64,000 nucleotides of DNA from Ferroacidibacillus organovorans (GTDB lineage Bacteria > Bacillota > Bacilli > Alicyclobacillales > SLC66). How positions within the stretch are numbered: the first letter of the stretch is position 1; each line of letters begins with the position of its first letter. The notes under the pieces were generated by a model. That model worked only from the letters and a program-made list of their open reading frames with translations. It was not told where the DNA came from and did not search any database. This document shows positions 38,336 through 46,424 of the stretch, one piece after another. Location: positions 1 through 64,000 of the forward strand of contig NZ_LSUQ01000005.1 of assembly GCF_001642725.1 (NCBI RefSeq). The letters run 5' to 3'. Made by a program: the position numbers and the translations under genes.

Positions 38336-39838
38336 TTGGGAAAAAACTACGTTCAAGAATTTCAAGATTTGCTGCAGAAAATTTCTGATTACGACAGCGC
38401 CATCGCGTTGCTTTCTTGGGATTCACGCACGAAGCTTCCGAAAAAAGGGGTCGAAGGCCGCGCACAAGTTCTCTCGACACTCGCGGGAGAGCGGTTTCGT
38501 TTGCTGCTCGGGGCACCGATGCAAAGTCTTATGGAAACGCTTGCGGCGCGCGCGTCGTCGCTTGACGAGGTGACGCGCCGTTCTTTTTTGCGCACGCAAA
38601 AGCAGCTTGAGCGGATCGAGCGCATCCCGCTCGCTCGATTAGAGGCATTTGCCCGATTGACCTCAAAGGCTGAGGCGGTGTGGGTGGATGCGCGCGAAGC
38701 AAATGATTTTGCGTCGTTTGCCCCTTATTTGACAGAGATCGTCGAGATGAAGCGTGAGTTTATCCAGTATCGGGACTGGAAAGGCCAGGCGTATGACGCA
38801 CTGCTCGATGAGTATGAACCTGATTTGACGATGGCGACTGTCGACCCGCTTTTTGCCAAACTGCGCGAGGAGACGCTGCGCTTACTTGATAAGATTCGCG
38901 AAGCAAAGCAGCCGGACACATCGATTCTTGAGCGCTTCTATGATCCGCAAAAACAGCGCGTATTTAGCCTGGCTATTCTTGAAAAGATCGGGTATGACCT
39001 ACAGGCGGGACGCCTCGATGAGACAGCGCATCCGTTTCAAACGACGATTTCATTGGGCGATGCGCGCGTGACCACGCGTTATCTGCCGTATTTCTTCAAT
39101 GCGGCGATTTTCGGCACGATTCACGAAGGAGGCCACGCGCTCTACGAGCAAGGGGTTGACCCTGCGCTCTTTGGAACGCCGCTTTTTGGTGGAACATCGA
39201 TGGGCATTCACGAGTCGCAATCGCGGTTTTGGGAGAACATTCTCGGGCGCAGTATGCCATTTTGGGAGCGTTTTTACGGAGATTTACAAGTGGTGTTTCC
39301 AGATGCGCTGGGGGACACGTCACGGGATGCGTTTTACGCGGCAATCAACGCAGTTAAGCCTAGTCTGATCCGTGTCGAGGCGGACGAACTGACCTACAAT
39401 CTGCATATCATGGTGCGCTATGAGATCGAGAAAGCGCTGATTTCCGGTGACGCGCGCGTCACCGATCTGCCTGAACTGTGGCGTTCGCGAATGAAGGAGT
39501 ACGTAGGGGTTGTACCAGATACGGATGCGGACGGCGTTTTGCAGGATGTGCACTGGTCAGGCGGCGACTTCGGCTATTTCCCATCGTACGCGCTCGGGAA
39601 TCTCTACAGTGCTCAGTTCGCAGAGAAACTTGAGGAGGAAATGCCCAATCTGTGGGATGATGTACGGCGGGGCGAGCTAATGCCCATACGGGAGTGGTTC
39701 CGCGAGCGTATTCATCGCTTTGGTGGAATGCGCGAGCCGAGTGAACTCGTGCTGGAAATCACAGGTCAGCCATTGCAAGCGGACGCGCTGATTCGCTATT
39801 TTGAGAAGAAGTACGTGCCACTCTACGGCTTGTCGTAA
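38336..39838 (+). CDS. Carboxypeptidase, peptidase family M32
   Basis: HPF, HEGGH, HESQSRF, IRVEADE, QDVHWS.G.FGYFPSY. Confidence 0.96.
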   Translation: MGKNYVQEFQDLLQKISDYDSAIALLSWDSRTKLPKKGVEGRAQVLSTLAGERFRLLLGAPMQSLMETLAARASSLDEVTRRSFLRTQKQLERIERIPLARLEAFARLTSKAEAVWVDAREANDFASFAPYLTEIVEMKREFIQYRDWKGQAYDALLDEYEPDLTMATVDPLFAKLREETLRLLDKIREAKQPDTSILERFYDPQKQRVFSLAILEKIGYDLQAGRLDETAHPFQTTISLGDARVTTRYLPYFFNAAIFGTIHEGGHALYEQGVDPALFGTPLFGGTSMGIHESQSRFWENILGRSMPFWERFYGDLQVVFPDALGDTSRDAFYAAINAVKPSLIRVEADELTYNLHIMVRYEIEKALISGDARVTDLPELWRSRMKEYVGVVPDTDADGVLQDVHWSGGDFGYFPSYALGNLYSAQFAEKLEEEMPNLWDDVRRGELMPIREWFRERIHRFGGMREPSELVLEITGQPLQADALIRYFEKKYVPLYGLS

Positions 39839-39917
39839 ACCGACTGCGCGCGGGAGTGCTACAATCTCGCACTTGTCCATATACTCCCATGAGAATGATG
39901 GACAGGGGTGCGTGGCT

Positions 39918-41579
39918 GTGCCTTCAAGTCGTGCAATGGTTAAAGGTGCGGCCATCCTCACGTTGGCTGCGATTCTCTCTAAAGTGATGGGCTCGATTTA
40001 TACGGTATTTTTGCAGAATGTCATCGGTGATAGCGGGATGGGCCTCTATCAGATGGCTTATCCCATCTATGCGACGTTGCTCATCATCTCGACGGCTGGG
40101 TTTCCCGTCGCGGTGTCCAAGTTTGTGAGTGAGCATGCGGCATTTGGGGACGTAGAATCGGCGCGCCGCGTCTATCGCGTCTCCTCTGTACTACTCGGTG
40201 TGCTGGGCATGGTCACGGCCGTCGGGCTCTACCTTTTTGCCGCGCAGTTTGCGCGCATCTCCGGTGATCCGCGCTCGGTGTACGCGATTCGCGCAATTGC
40301 CCCGGCGCTCTTTATCGTGCCGATGGTGAGCAGCCTGCGCGGATACTTCCAGGGCTGGCAGCAAATGAAACCGACGGCGATCTCGCAATTGATTGAACAG
40401 TTGATCCGCGTCACAACCATTCTCTGCGGCGCGTACATTGCGATTCGTCTTGGCATGGGCAACCCGATTGCGGCGGCTGTGGCTGCGTTTGGGGCGGTGA
40501 CAGGCGGCCTCGCTGCGTGGGGCGTTCTCGCAGGATACGCCCTGAGGGCGCGCAAGCATGGACGTATGGAACGTGCGAGCGGCGCTCACCAAGGCAGCGC
40601 AGGCAAGGGAGCGTCACACCGCGATCACGCGCCGCGTGAAGGACGAAGAAGCACGCGTTCGCTTGTGTGGCAATTGATCTACTATGCGGTGCCTGTTAGT
40701 TTGGGCGCGCTGGTTATTCCGATCATCAGCAACGTTGACGCGCTGACGGTGACGAATCTGCTGAAGCATCAAGGCTTCACCCAGGAGGCGGCGACGCGCG
40801 CCTTTGGGCTGCTGTCGGGGCGCGCTTTCAAACTGGCGATGCTCCCGGCAACGCTTGCGAGCTCCGTTGGCGCGGCGCTGCTTCCCTCCGTCTCGGAGGC
40901 GCACACGCTGCGCAATGCGGACGGAATCGCAGAGCGCGTGCAAACTGGGCTGCGCATGACGGCGCTCTTCTCGATCCCTGCGGCCGTTGGCTTGACTGTG
41001 CTGGCGCGCCCGATTGATATCATGCTGTTTCGCAACGCAGCCGGGTATCACAGCATCCAGATTTTGGCGATTGCCACGGTGTTTAGTACGCTTCAGATTG
41101 CACTGGCGGCAAGTTTGCAGGGGATTGGCCGCGTCTTTATTCCGTTTCACAGCCTCCTGCTCGGAACAGCGGTCAAAATAGGGTTGAACCTGCTGTTGGT
41201 TCCGCGCTATGGCATTGACGGAGCGGCGATGGCGACGGCTGTCAGCTATGGATTGGCCGCACTCTATAACCTTATGGCGCTGCGCCGCATCGTCTCGCTC
41301 GGCTCCTCAGCGCGCGACTGGCTCTTGCGCCCCCTTGTGGCATCTGGCATTATGGGGGCATTCACGTTTGCGGTCTATCGCCAATGGGAGAGAATCCACG
41401 TGATCTTGTCGACGCGGCTTGATGCGACAGTAGTCACGATGCTCGGGGTAGGCATTGGCATCGTCGTCTACCTCATCGCGCTGCTCGTCTCAGGCGGGCT
41501 CACAGATCGTGAACTCTCGGCGGTTCCAAAGGTAGGGAGGCCACTCGCTCGCACGTTTAAGCGAATAGGTATCCTCTGA
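39918..41579 (+). CDS. yabM: SpoVB/YabM polysaccharide-biosynthesis (MOP flippase) protein
   Basis: 'KGAAILT.A', 'GLYQMAYPIY', 'RGYFQG', many TM; precedes yabN; start uncertain. Confidence 0.88.
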   Translation: MPSSRAMVKGAAILTLAAILSKVMGSIYTVFLQNVIGDSGMGLYQMAYPIYATLLIISTAGFPVAVSKFVSEHAAFGDVESARRVYRVSSVLLGVLGMVTAVGLYLFAAQFARISGDPRSVYAIRAIAPALFIVPMVSSLRGYFQGWQQMKPTAISQLIEQLIRVTTILCGAYIAIRLGMGNPIAAAVAAFGAVTGGLAAWGVLAGYALRARKHGRMERASGAHQGSAGKGASHRDHAPREGRRSTRSLVWQLIYYAVPVSLGALVIPIISNVDALTVTNLLKHQGFTQEAATRAFGLLSGRAFKLAMLPATLASSVGAALLPSVSEAHTLRNADGIAERVQTGLRMTALFSIPAAVGLTVLARPIDIMLFRNAAGYHSIQILAIATVFSTLQIALAASLQGIGRVFIPFHSLLLGTAVKIGLNLLLVPRYGIDGAAMATAVSYGLAALYNLMALRRIVSLGSSARDWLLRPLVASGIMGAFTFAVYRQWERIHVILSTRLDATVVTMLGVGIGIVVYLIALLVSGGLTDRELSAVPKVGRPLARTFKRIGIL

Positions 41580-41593
41580 TTAAGAAAGGGTGG

Positions 41594-43093
41594 ATGCTTG
41601 TGGGCCGCCTTACGGTCATTGGGTTAGGTGCGGGAGCGCTCGATGCGCTCCCGCTTGGCGCGTATCGGAGGTTGCTTTCCTCAAGCGCGGTGTATTTGCG
41701 AACGGATCGCCATCCTGTTGTCGACGACTTGCGAAAAGAGGGTGTCTTGTTTCAGAGCTTTGACGCCATCTATGACCAAGCGGACGATTTCGATGAGGTG
41801 TATACGCGGATTGTCGAAGAACTTCTCGCCGCCACCGCGAAGTATGGCGATGTACTCTACGCCGTTCCGGGTCACCCGGCGGTCGCGGAAAAAACGGTGC
41901 GCCTGTTGCGCGAACGCATCCCGAGCGCGGGTCATGAGTTGGTATTCGGGCCAGGGCAGAGTTTTCTTGACGATCTGTTTCTGCGTATCGACGTGGATCC
42001 AGTCGAGGGCGTGCTCCTGCTTGACGCGACAGACCTCGCGGCACATCAGCTCAACCCGCGGCAGCACACCGTTCTTCTCCAGATGTATAATCCGATGATC
42101 GCGAATGAGGTCAAGATCGCGCTCGCAGAAATTTACGGGGACGAATACGAAGTGCTTCTTGCGCAATCGGTTGGCGTAGCAGGGCAAGAGCGCGTACAAC
42201 GCGTGCCTGTCTACCAACTGGATCGCCTGGAGACGATCGATCACCTTACGACGCTGTACGTTCCACCAAGTGCTGACGCGCATCTCTTGCGCCGCCAATT
42301 TCACGAGTTGCGCGCGATCGTCTCCCGCTTGCGCGGTCCAGACGGGTGCCCATGGGACCAAGAGCAGACGCATCTCTCGCTGCGGCGATACGCGATCGAA
42401 GAGGCGTATGAAGTGGTGCATGCCATTGAGCAAGAGGATACGGATGCGCTCGTGGACGAGCTTGGCGACCTTCTCTTGCAAGTGGCGCTACACGCAGAGA
42501 TAGGCGCCGAAGACGGGGAATTCACCATGGATGATATCATCGGCCATTTGAGCGAGAAATTGATTCGTCGGCATCCTCACGTTTTTACGGAGCAGGCAGT
42601 GCTCACGTCAGACGAGGTCATCTCAAACTGGCAAACGATTAAAGCGGAGGAGCGGCGCAGGAAAGGGACAGAGCACGCGACGTTTATGGATCGCGTCAGT
42701 CGAGCGCTTCCTCCTTTTGCGCAGAGTGTCAAACTGCAGAGGCGCGCGGCAGAAGTCGGATTCGATTTCACAGACGTAGTGCAAATCTACGCCAAAGTGG
42801 ACGAGGAGTTGCGCGAGTTTGCAGATGCTATCGGGATCGACGAACGCGAAGATGAGTTTGGCGACGTTCTCTTCTCACTGCTTAATTTGGCACGCTTTTA
42901 TGAGATTGATCCAGAATCTGCCCTGAAACGTGCAAATTTGAAGTTTCGCGCGCGATTTGACCACATGGAACGGGTTGCGAGTGAAAAAAACCTTGAAATT
43001 CACGGGTTGAGTCTTGATCTTTTAGAGAAACTTTGGCAAAATGCGAAAGAAAACATGAGAAAAGCAGGAAATACGTTAACTGACAACGAATAG
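41594..43093 (+). CDS. yabN: Tetrapyrrole methylase-like / MazG NTP pyrophosphohydrolase fusion
   Basis: 'GLGAG', 'YAVPGHP.VAE', 'LRGPDGCPWD.EQTH', 'ELGDLLLQV', 'IRRHPHVF'. Confidence 0.93.
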   Translation: MLVGRLTVIGLGAGALDALPLGAYRRLLSSSAVYLRTDRHPVVDDLRKEGVLFQSFDAIYDQADDFDEVYTRIVEELLAATAKYGDVLYAVPGHPAVAEKTVRLLRERIPSAGHELVFGPGQSFLDDLFLRIDVDPVEGVLLLDATDLAAHQLNPRQHTVLLQMYNPMIANEVKIALAEIYGDEYEVLLAQSVGVAGQERVQRVPVYQLDRLETIDHLTTLYVPPSADAHLLRRQFHELRAIVSRLRGPDGCPWDQEQTHLSLRRYAIEEAYEVVHAIEQEDTDALVDELGDLLLQVALHAEIGAEDGEFTMDDIIGHLSEKLIRRHPHVFTEQAVLTSDEVISNWQTIKAEERRRKGTEHATFMDRVSRALPPFAQSVKLQRRAAEVGFDFTDVVQIYAKVDEELREFADAIGIDEREDEFGDVLFSLLNLARFYEIDPESALKRANLKFRARFDHMERVASEKNLEIHGLSLDLLEKLWQNAKENMRKAGNTLTDNE

Positions 43094-43135
43094 TCAGTTT
43101 TGGAGATTCTCCCATATCGGAAGGGGTACAGGCCC

Positions 43136-43411
43136 ATGAACAAAATTGATCTCGTCAATAAGATTTCCGAGAAAAGCGGTCTCAAGAAAAAAGATGTCGA
43201 ACTGACGGTCAACACACTGCTCGATTCGATCTCAGAAGCCTTGGCAGCTGGCGACAAAGTTCAACTGATCGGGTTTGGCACGTTTGAAACGCGTAAGCGC
43301 AAGGCGCGCAGCGGTCGCAATCCTCAGACAGGTGAGTCAATCGAGATCCCAGAGTCGTCCATCCCCGCCTTTAAACCAGGCAACAAGCTGCGGGAATTCA
43401 CCAAAGCGTGA
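43136..43411 (+). CDS. hup: DNA-binding protein HU
   Basis: MNK.DL, VQLIGFGTFE, ARSGRNPQTG, PAFKPG. Confidence 0.96.
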   Translation: MNKIDLVNKISEKSGLKKKDVELTVNTLLDSISEALAAGDKVQLIGFGTFETRKRKARSGRNPQTGESIEIPESSIPAFKPGNKLREFTKA

Positions 43412-43692
43412 GGCTGGATAAGTACCTCAAAGTCTCTCGTTTGATCAAGCGTCGCACCCTCGCCAAAGAGGTGTGCGACAGCGGCCGCGTGAATGTGGGC
43501 GGCCGCGTGGCGAAAGCGGGGACAGAGGTTGCTGTGGGCGATGTGATCGAGTTGCGCTTTGGCTCGCGCACGATGGCGGTGCGCGTGGAGAAAATCGCGG
43601 AGAATGCGCGAAAAGAAGTGGCGCACGAGATGTATACGGTGCTCTCCGACAATCGATTGCCCGATGACCTTGAGAATGAAGAGGACGACTAA
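43408..43692 (+). CDS. yabO: S4-domain ribosome quality control protein YabO/RqcP
   Basis: MRLDKYLKVSRLIKRRTLAKEVCD.GRV. Confidence 0.95.
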   Translation: MRLDKYLKVSRLIKRRTLAKEVCDSGRVNVGGRVAKAGTEVAVGDVIELRFGSRTMAVRVEKIAENARKEVAHEMYTVLSDNRLPDDLENEEDD

Positions 43693-43725
43693 GTGAGCTC
43701 GTCCTCTTTTTCGCCTTCCTCGCGG

Positions 43726-43754
43726 TTCTAACCTTCCGCGATTCGCCATAGAGT
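43726..43754 (+). promoter_or_regulatory. Putative SigE promoter of yabPQ
   Basis: TTCTAA-15-CATAGAGT; yabPQ is SigE-dependent in B. subtilis. Confidence 0.55.
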
Positions 43755-43810
43755 AGTACCGAAACAGCGCGACATCTGAGCGGTGTCGCAAAGGTTCGGG
43801 GGGATGTGCT

Positions 43811-44107
43811 GTGGCGGATGAGCGAACGCGTCGGGAGTTTGACAAGCACCAGGTACTCAGTGTCAATCGCCAATACACCGAAGTGACAGGCGTGCAAAAT
43901 ATCGAGTCATTCGACACGAAAGAGTTTGTGCTCCAGACGAGCAGTGGAATGTTATCCATTCGCGGTGAAAACTTACACATCAAAGCGCTGAGTCTGGAAA
44001 CGGGACTCGTCAGTATTGAGGGCGTCGTCTTTGACTTGACGTACCTCGATGACGGATACCATGGTGCGGAAAAGGGCAAAAAACTGTTATCACGATTGTT
44101 TCGCTGA
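43811..44107 (+). CDS. yabP: Sporulation protein YabP
   Basis: 'NR...EVTGV..IESFD..EF.L.T..G.L.IRG.NLHI..L', ends 'LSRLFR'. Confidence 0.95.
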   Translation: MADERTRREFDKHQVLSVNRQYTEVTGVQNIESFDTKEFVLQTSSGMLSIRGENLHIKALSLETGLVSIEGVVFDLTYLDDGYHGAEKGKKLLSRLFR

Positions 44108-44113
44108 TTCGCG

Positions 44114-44749
44114 ATGGATATCACGGTTCAATACGCGACAGCGACACTGATGACGATGACGGGCGCACTCCTGGGAGTGATTCACGACGTGTACCGCACG
44201 GCCCAGCGCGAGTGGAGATTTTTGCGGAGGTTCTCTGCACTTTTTGATCTCTCTTTCTGGCTTTTTGGCATCATCTTTGTTTTCACTCTGTTGCTGGGCG
44301 TCAACCACGGTGAGGTGCGTATCGTTATTTTTGCGCTCTTGCTCGTGGGGTACGCGCTCTACCATTTTATTGCAAGACCGCTCGTCATCGCGAGCACAGC
44401 GTTTATTCTGCGTCTTATCTATCGCGCAATTCTGTGGATTGGACAAGCGATCTATGCGACGATCATTCGACCGATTCTCACGGTGTTGCGAGGTGTGCGC
44501 CTGCTTGCGCGATCGATTGACCGCGGATTAGGGGCGGTGGAACCGCTTGTTTTATGGCCCGTTGTCACTTCGGCCAGAGGGCTAAAACACTTTGGAACTC
44601 GTCTGGCTCTGTTTGGGCTAAAAAAAATGCGGCCAAGCATCGTTACCGTGAAGGAAAAGTGGGATACTGTGCAGAAAAGAATTACAAAATGGATTCATCC
44701 TTTGAAAGACAAAGGCAATCAGGATGCGCCGGAAGATCAAGAGGAGTAA
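44114..44749 (+). CDS. yabQ: Spore cortex biosynthesis protein YabQ
   Basis: 'G..LG..HDVYR', 'DL.FW', 'N.GEVR'; synteny. Confidence 0.9.
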   Translation: MDITVQYATATLMTMTGALLGVIHDVYRTAQREWRFLRRFSALFDLSFWLFGIIFVFTLLLGVNHGEVRIVIFALLLVGYALYHFIARPLVIASTAFILRLIYRAILWIGQAIYATIIRPILTVLRGVRLLARSIDRGLGAVEPLVLWPVVTSARGLKHFGTRLALFGLKKMRPSIVTVKEKWDTVQKRITKWIHPLKDKGNQDAPEDQEE

Positions 44750-44760
44750 AGGAAGATAGA

Positions 44761-45096
44761 ATGAAACAGCCCTCAAACGTGGTGCAAATCGCATCAGGAT
44801 CACGTCTGCGCAGTCGCTTTAAACTGAGGTACTTGGTGGTTGCTACGTTTCTCGTTTGGGGAGGATACGTCTACTTCTTTGTGCAGCGACCGCTGCTTTT
44901 GCAACAGGCGTTCGCCAAGCAACAGGTGATCAGTCAGTTGCAAAACGCAAGAATTCTTGCGGATTCGCTGTCTCGCCAAGTCAAGAATCTCTCTACAGAT
45001 TCGTATATCGCCCAGTTGGCTGAACAGAAATACAATCTCATTCAACCAGGCGAGATTCTTTTTACTACGGGAAATGCAAATAACAGCCCGAAGTAA
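44761..45096 (+). CDS. divIC: Septum formation initiator DivIC
   Basis: Basic N-terminus, TM, coiled coil, 'YIA.LA..KYNL..PGEI.F'. Confidence 0.85.
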   Translation: MKQPSNVVQIASGSRLRSRFKLRYLVVATFLVWGGYVYFFVQRPLLLQQAFAKQQVISQLQNARILADSLSRQVKNLSTDSYIAQLAEQKYNLIQPGEILFTTGNANNSPK

Positions 45097-45108
45097 GTCT
45101 ACAAATTC

Positions 45109-45138
45109 TTGACACCTTTTTTCAAGCATGAGTATAAT
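45109..45138 (+). promoter_or_regulatory. SigA promoter of yabR
   Basis: TTGACA-18-TATAAT. Confidence 0.7.
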
Positions 45139-45181
45139 CTGTAGTGATGAAGTGATGATCAGAGGGGGACCTATCTCTTTT

Positions 45182-45589
45182 ATGGCAATTGAAGTGGGCA
45201 ACAAACTTGAAGGAAAAGTCACGGGTATCACCCATTTTGGGGCTTTTGTGTTATTGCCAGGAGGAGAGACGGGCCTCGTACACATCTCTGAGATTGCTGA
45301 CTCCTATGTGCGAGACATAAACGAACACCTGAAGGTAAACGACCCAGTTACGGTGAAAGTGATTAATCTCGATAATAATAAAATAGGTCTATCGATCCGC
45401 CAGGCGCAAGATCGCCCACCGGTTGCGGCACGCCCTCCGAGACGTCCACACGGTGGTGGCGGTGGCGGCATGAACCGACAGACGTTTGAAGACAAAATGA
45501 GCCGATTCATGAGAGATAGTGAAGATCGCTTACAGGCACTGCGGCGCAGTGACTCGAAGCGTGGTGGGCGCGGCGGTCGTCGCGGTTAG
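45182..45589 (+). CDS. yabR: S1-domain RNA-binding protein YabR
   Basis: 'GKVTGITHFGAFV', 'GLVHISEIA', 'FEDKMSRF..DSEDR', RGG tail. Confidence 0.93.
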   Translation: MAIEVGNKLEGKVTGITHFGAFVLLPGGETGLVHISEIADSYVRDINEHLKVNDPVTVKVINLDNNKIGLSIRQAQDRPPVAARPPRRPHGGGGGGMNRQTFEDKMSRFMRDSEDRLQALRRSDSKRGGRGGRRG

Positions 45590-45597
45590 TTTGTGAT

Positions 45598-45643
45598 AGA
45601 AAACGCAGCAAGCAGAAGGACTGGCTTGCTGCGTTTTCTTTTT
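45598..45643. terminator. Bidirectional terminator yabR/cmpA
   Basis: AGAAAACGCAGCAAGC...GCTTGCTGCGTTTTCT-TTTT. Confidence 0.88.
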
Positions 45644-45654
45644 AAACATCCCTC

Positions 45655-45783
45655 TTAAGGGGTGGATTCAACGGAGTGAGTGTTTCTTCGATATTTGTAG
45701 TACACGCGATTCAGCATAATCACCGACCGCTTATCTCCATCTCGAAATGCGCGCGTTAACTGGTTTTTAAGCCATGTCGGCAT
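45655..45783 (-). CDS. cmpA: Cortex morphogenetic protein CmpA (42 aa; below ORF-track cutoff)
   Basis: Manual translation MPTWLKNQLTRAFRDGDKRSVIMLNRVYYKYRRNTHSVESTP, SD AAGGAG; matches CmpA pattern MP.WL..Q...AF...D...I.LLN. Confidence 0.88.
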   Translation of the reverse strand: MPTWLKNQLTRAFRDGDKRSVIMLNRVYYKYRRNTHSVESTP

Positions 45784-45814
45784 AAAAGACAGCTCCTTGT
45801 TCAGGGATGCTACA

Positions 45815-46258
45815 CTATACGCCCAACACCTCGTTTTGGTCCGAAAGTTTTAGAACCGTGACTTTAGCGCGTTTCAATAACTCTAATGCATACGCGTCGA
45901 CTCGATACGCTTCCCCATAGATGACACTTGTGATTCCTGATTGAATGATTTGTTTGGTGCACTGAAGGCACGGGAAATGCGTCACATACATCGTAGCGCC
46001 TTCTGTGCTGACGCCGAATTTGGCGCATTGCAAAATCGCATTGCTTTCTGCGTGAATGGTGCGTATGCAGTGATCATCAACCACGTTGCATCCGACATCC
46101 TCGCAATGTTCATCGCCCGACACACTACCGTTGTAACCTGAGGCGATCGTTCGTCGATCTCTGACAAGGACTGCGCCCACTTGTCGGCGCGGGCACGTCG
46201 CGCGTGTCGAAACCATCGCGGCAACTTCCATAAAATAGTGATCCCAGGGTTTGCGCAC
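45815..46258 (-). CDS. comEB: dCMP deaminase / ComEB family protein
   Basis: 'WD.YFM', 'RATC.RRQVGA', 'GYNG', HAE.NA, PC..C; GTG behind AAAGGGGA. Confidence 0.85.
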   Translation of the reverse strand: MRKPWDHYFMEVAAMVSTRATCPRRQVGAVLVRDRRTIASGYNGSVSGDEHCEDVGCNVVDDHCIRTIHAESNAILQCAKFGVSTEGATMYVTHFPCLQCTKQIIQSGITSVIYGEAYRVDAYALELLKRAKVTVLKLSDQNEVLGV

Positions 46259-46338
46259 GTCCGTGGTTCCCCTTTGTTTTTGCCTCATTATGGGGTTTTC
46301 TCACGGCGTGCGCAACCCGCGTCGCGACGTAAAAACTT

Positions 46339-46404
46339 TGTCGTAAAATTTGCTGGTTTTTCATACAAATTGTGACAACCTTCGTACTGCGGCGTGAGTA
46401 GAAT
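46339..46404 (+). promoter_or_regulatory. Spo0A-dependent spoIIE promoter
   Basis: TGTCGTA 0A-like box at 46339; GTGACA-21-TAGAAT over-long spacer like the B. subtilis spoIIE promoter. Confidence 0.55.
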
Positions 46405-46424
46405 AAAAACTATTCTATGCGCGG

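Noticed and set aside
40540..40660. Basic Gly/His-rich loop in YabM as an inserted element
   Set aside because: Falls in the normally variable central loop of MOP flippases; only a short palindrome, not persuasive
41681..42481. Long antisense ORFs (also 43324-44124, 52150-52836, 62338-63072)
   Set aside because: Shadow frames opposite well-conserved genes in GC-rich DNA, with no recognisable motifs
43136..43411. HU gene between yabN and yabO, and greA before lysS, as novelties
   Set aside because: Both arrangements are common in Bacillota outside B. subtilis
45590..45815. tRNA genes expected between yabR and spoIIE
   Set aside because: No cloverleaf; the space holds a terminator and cmpA
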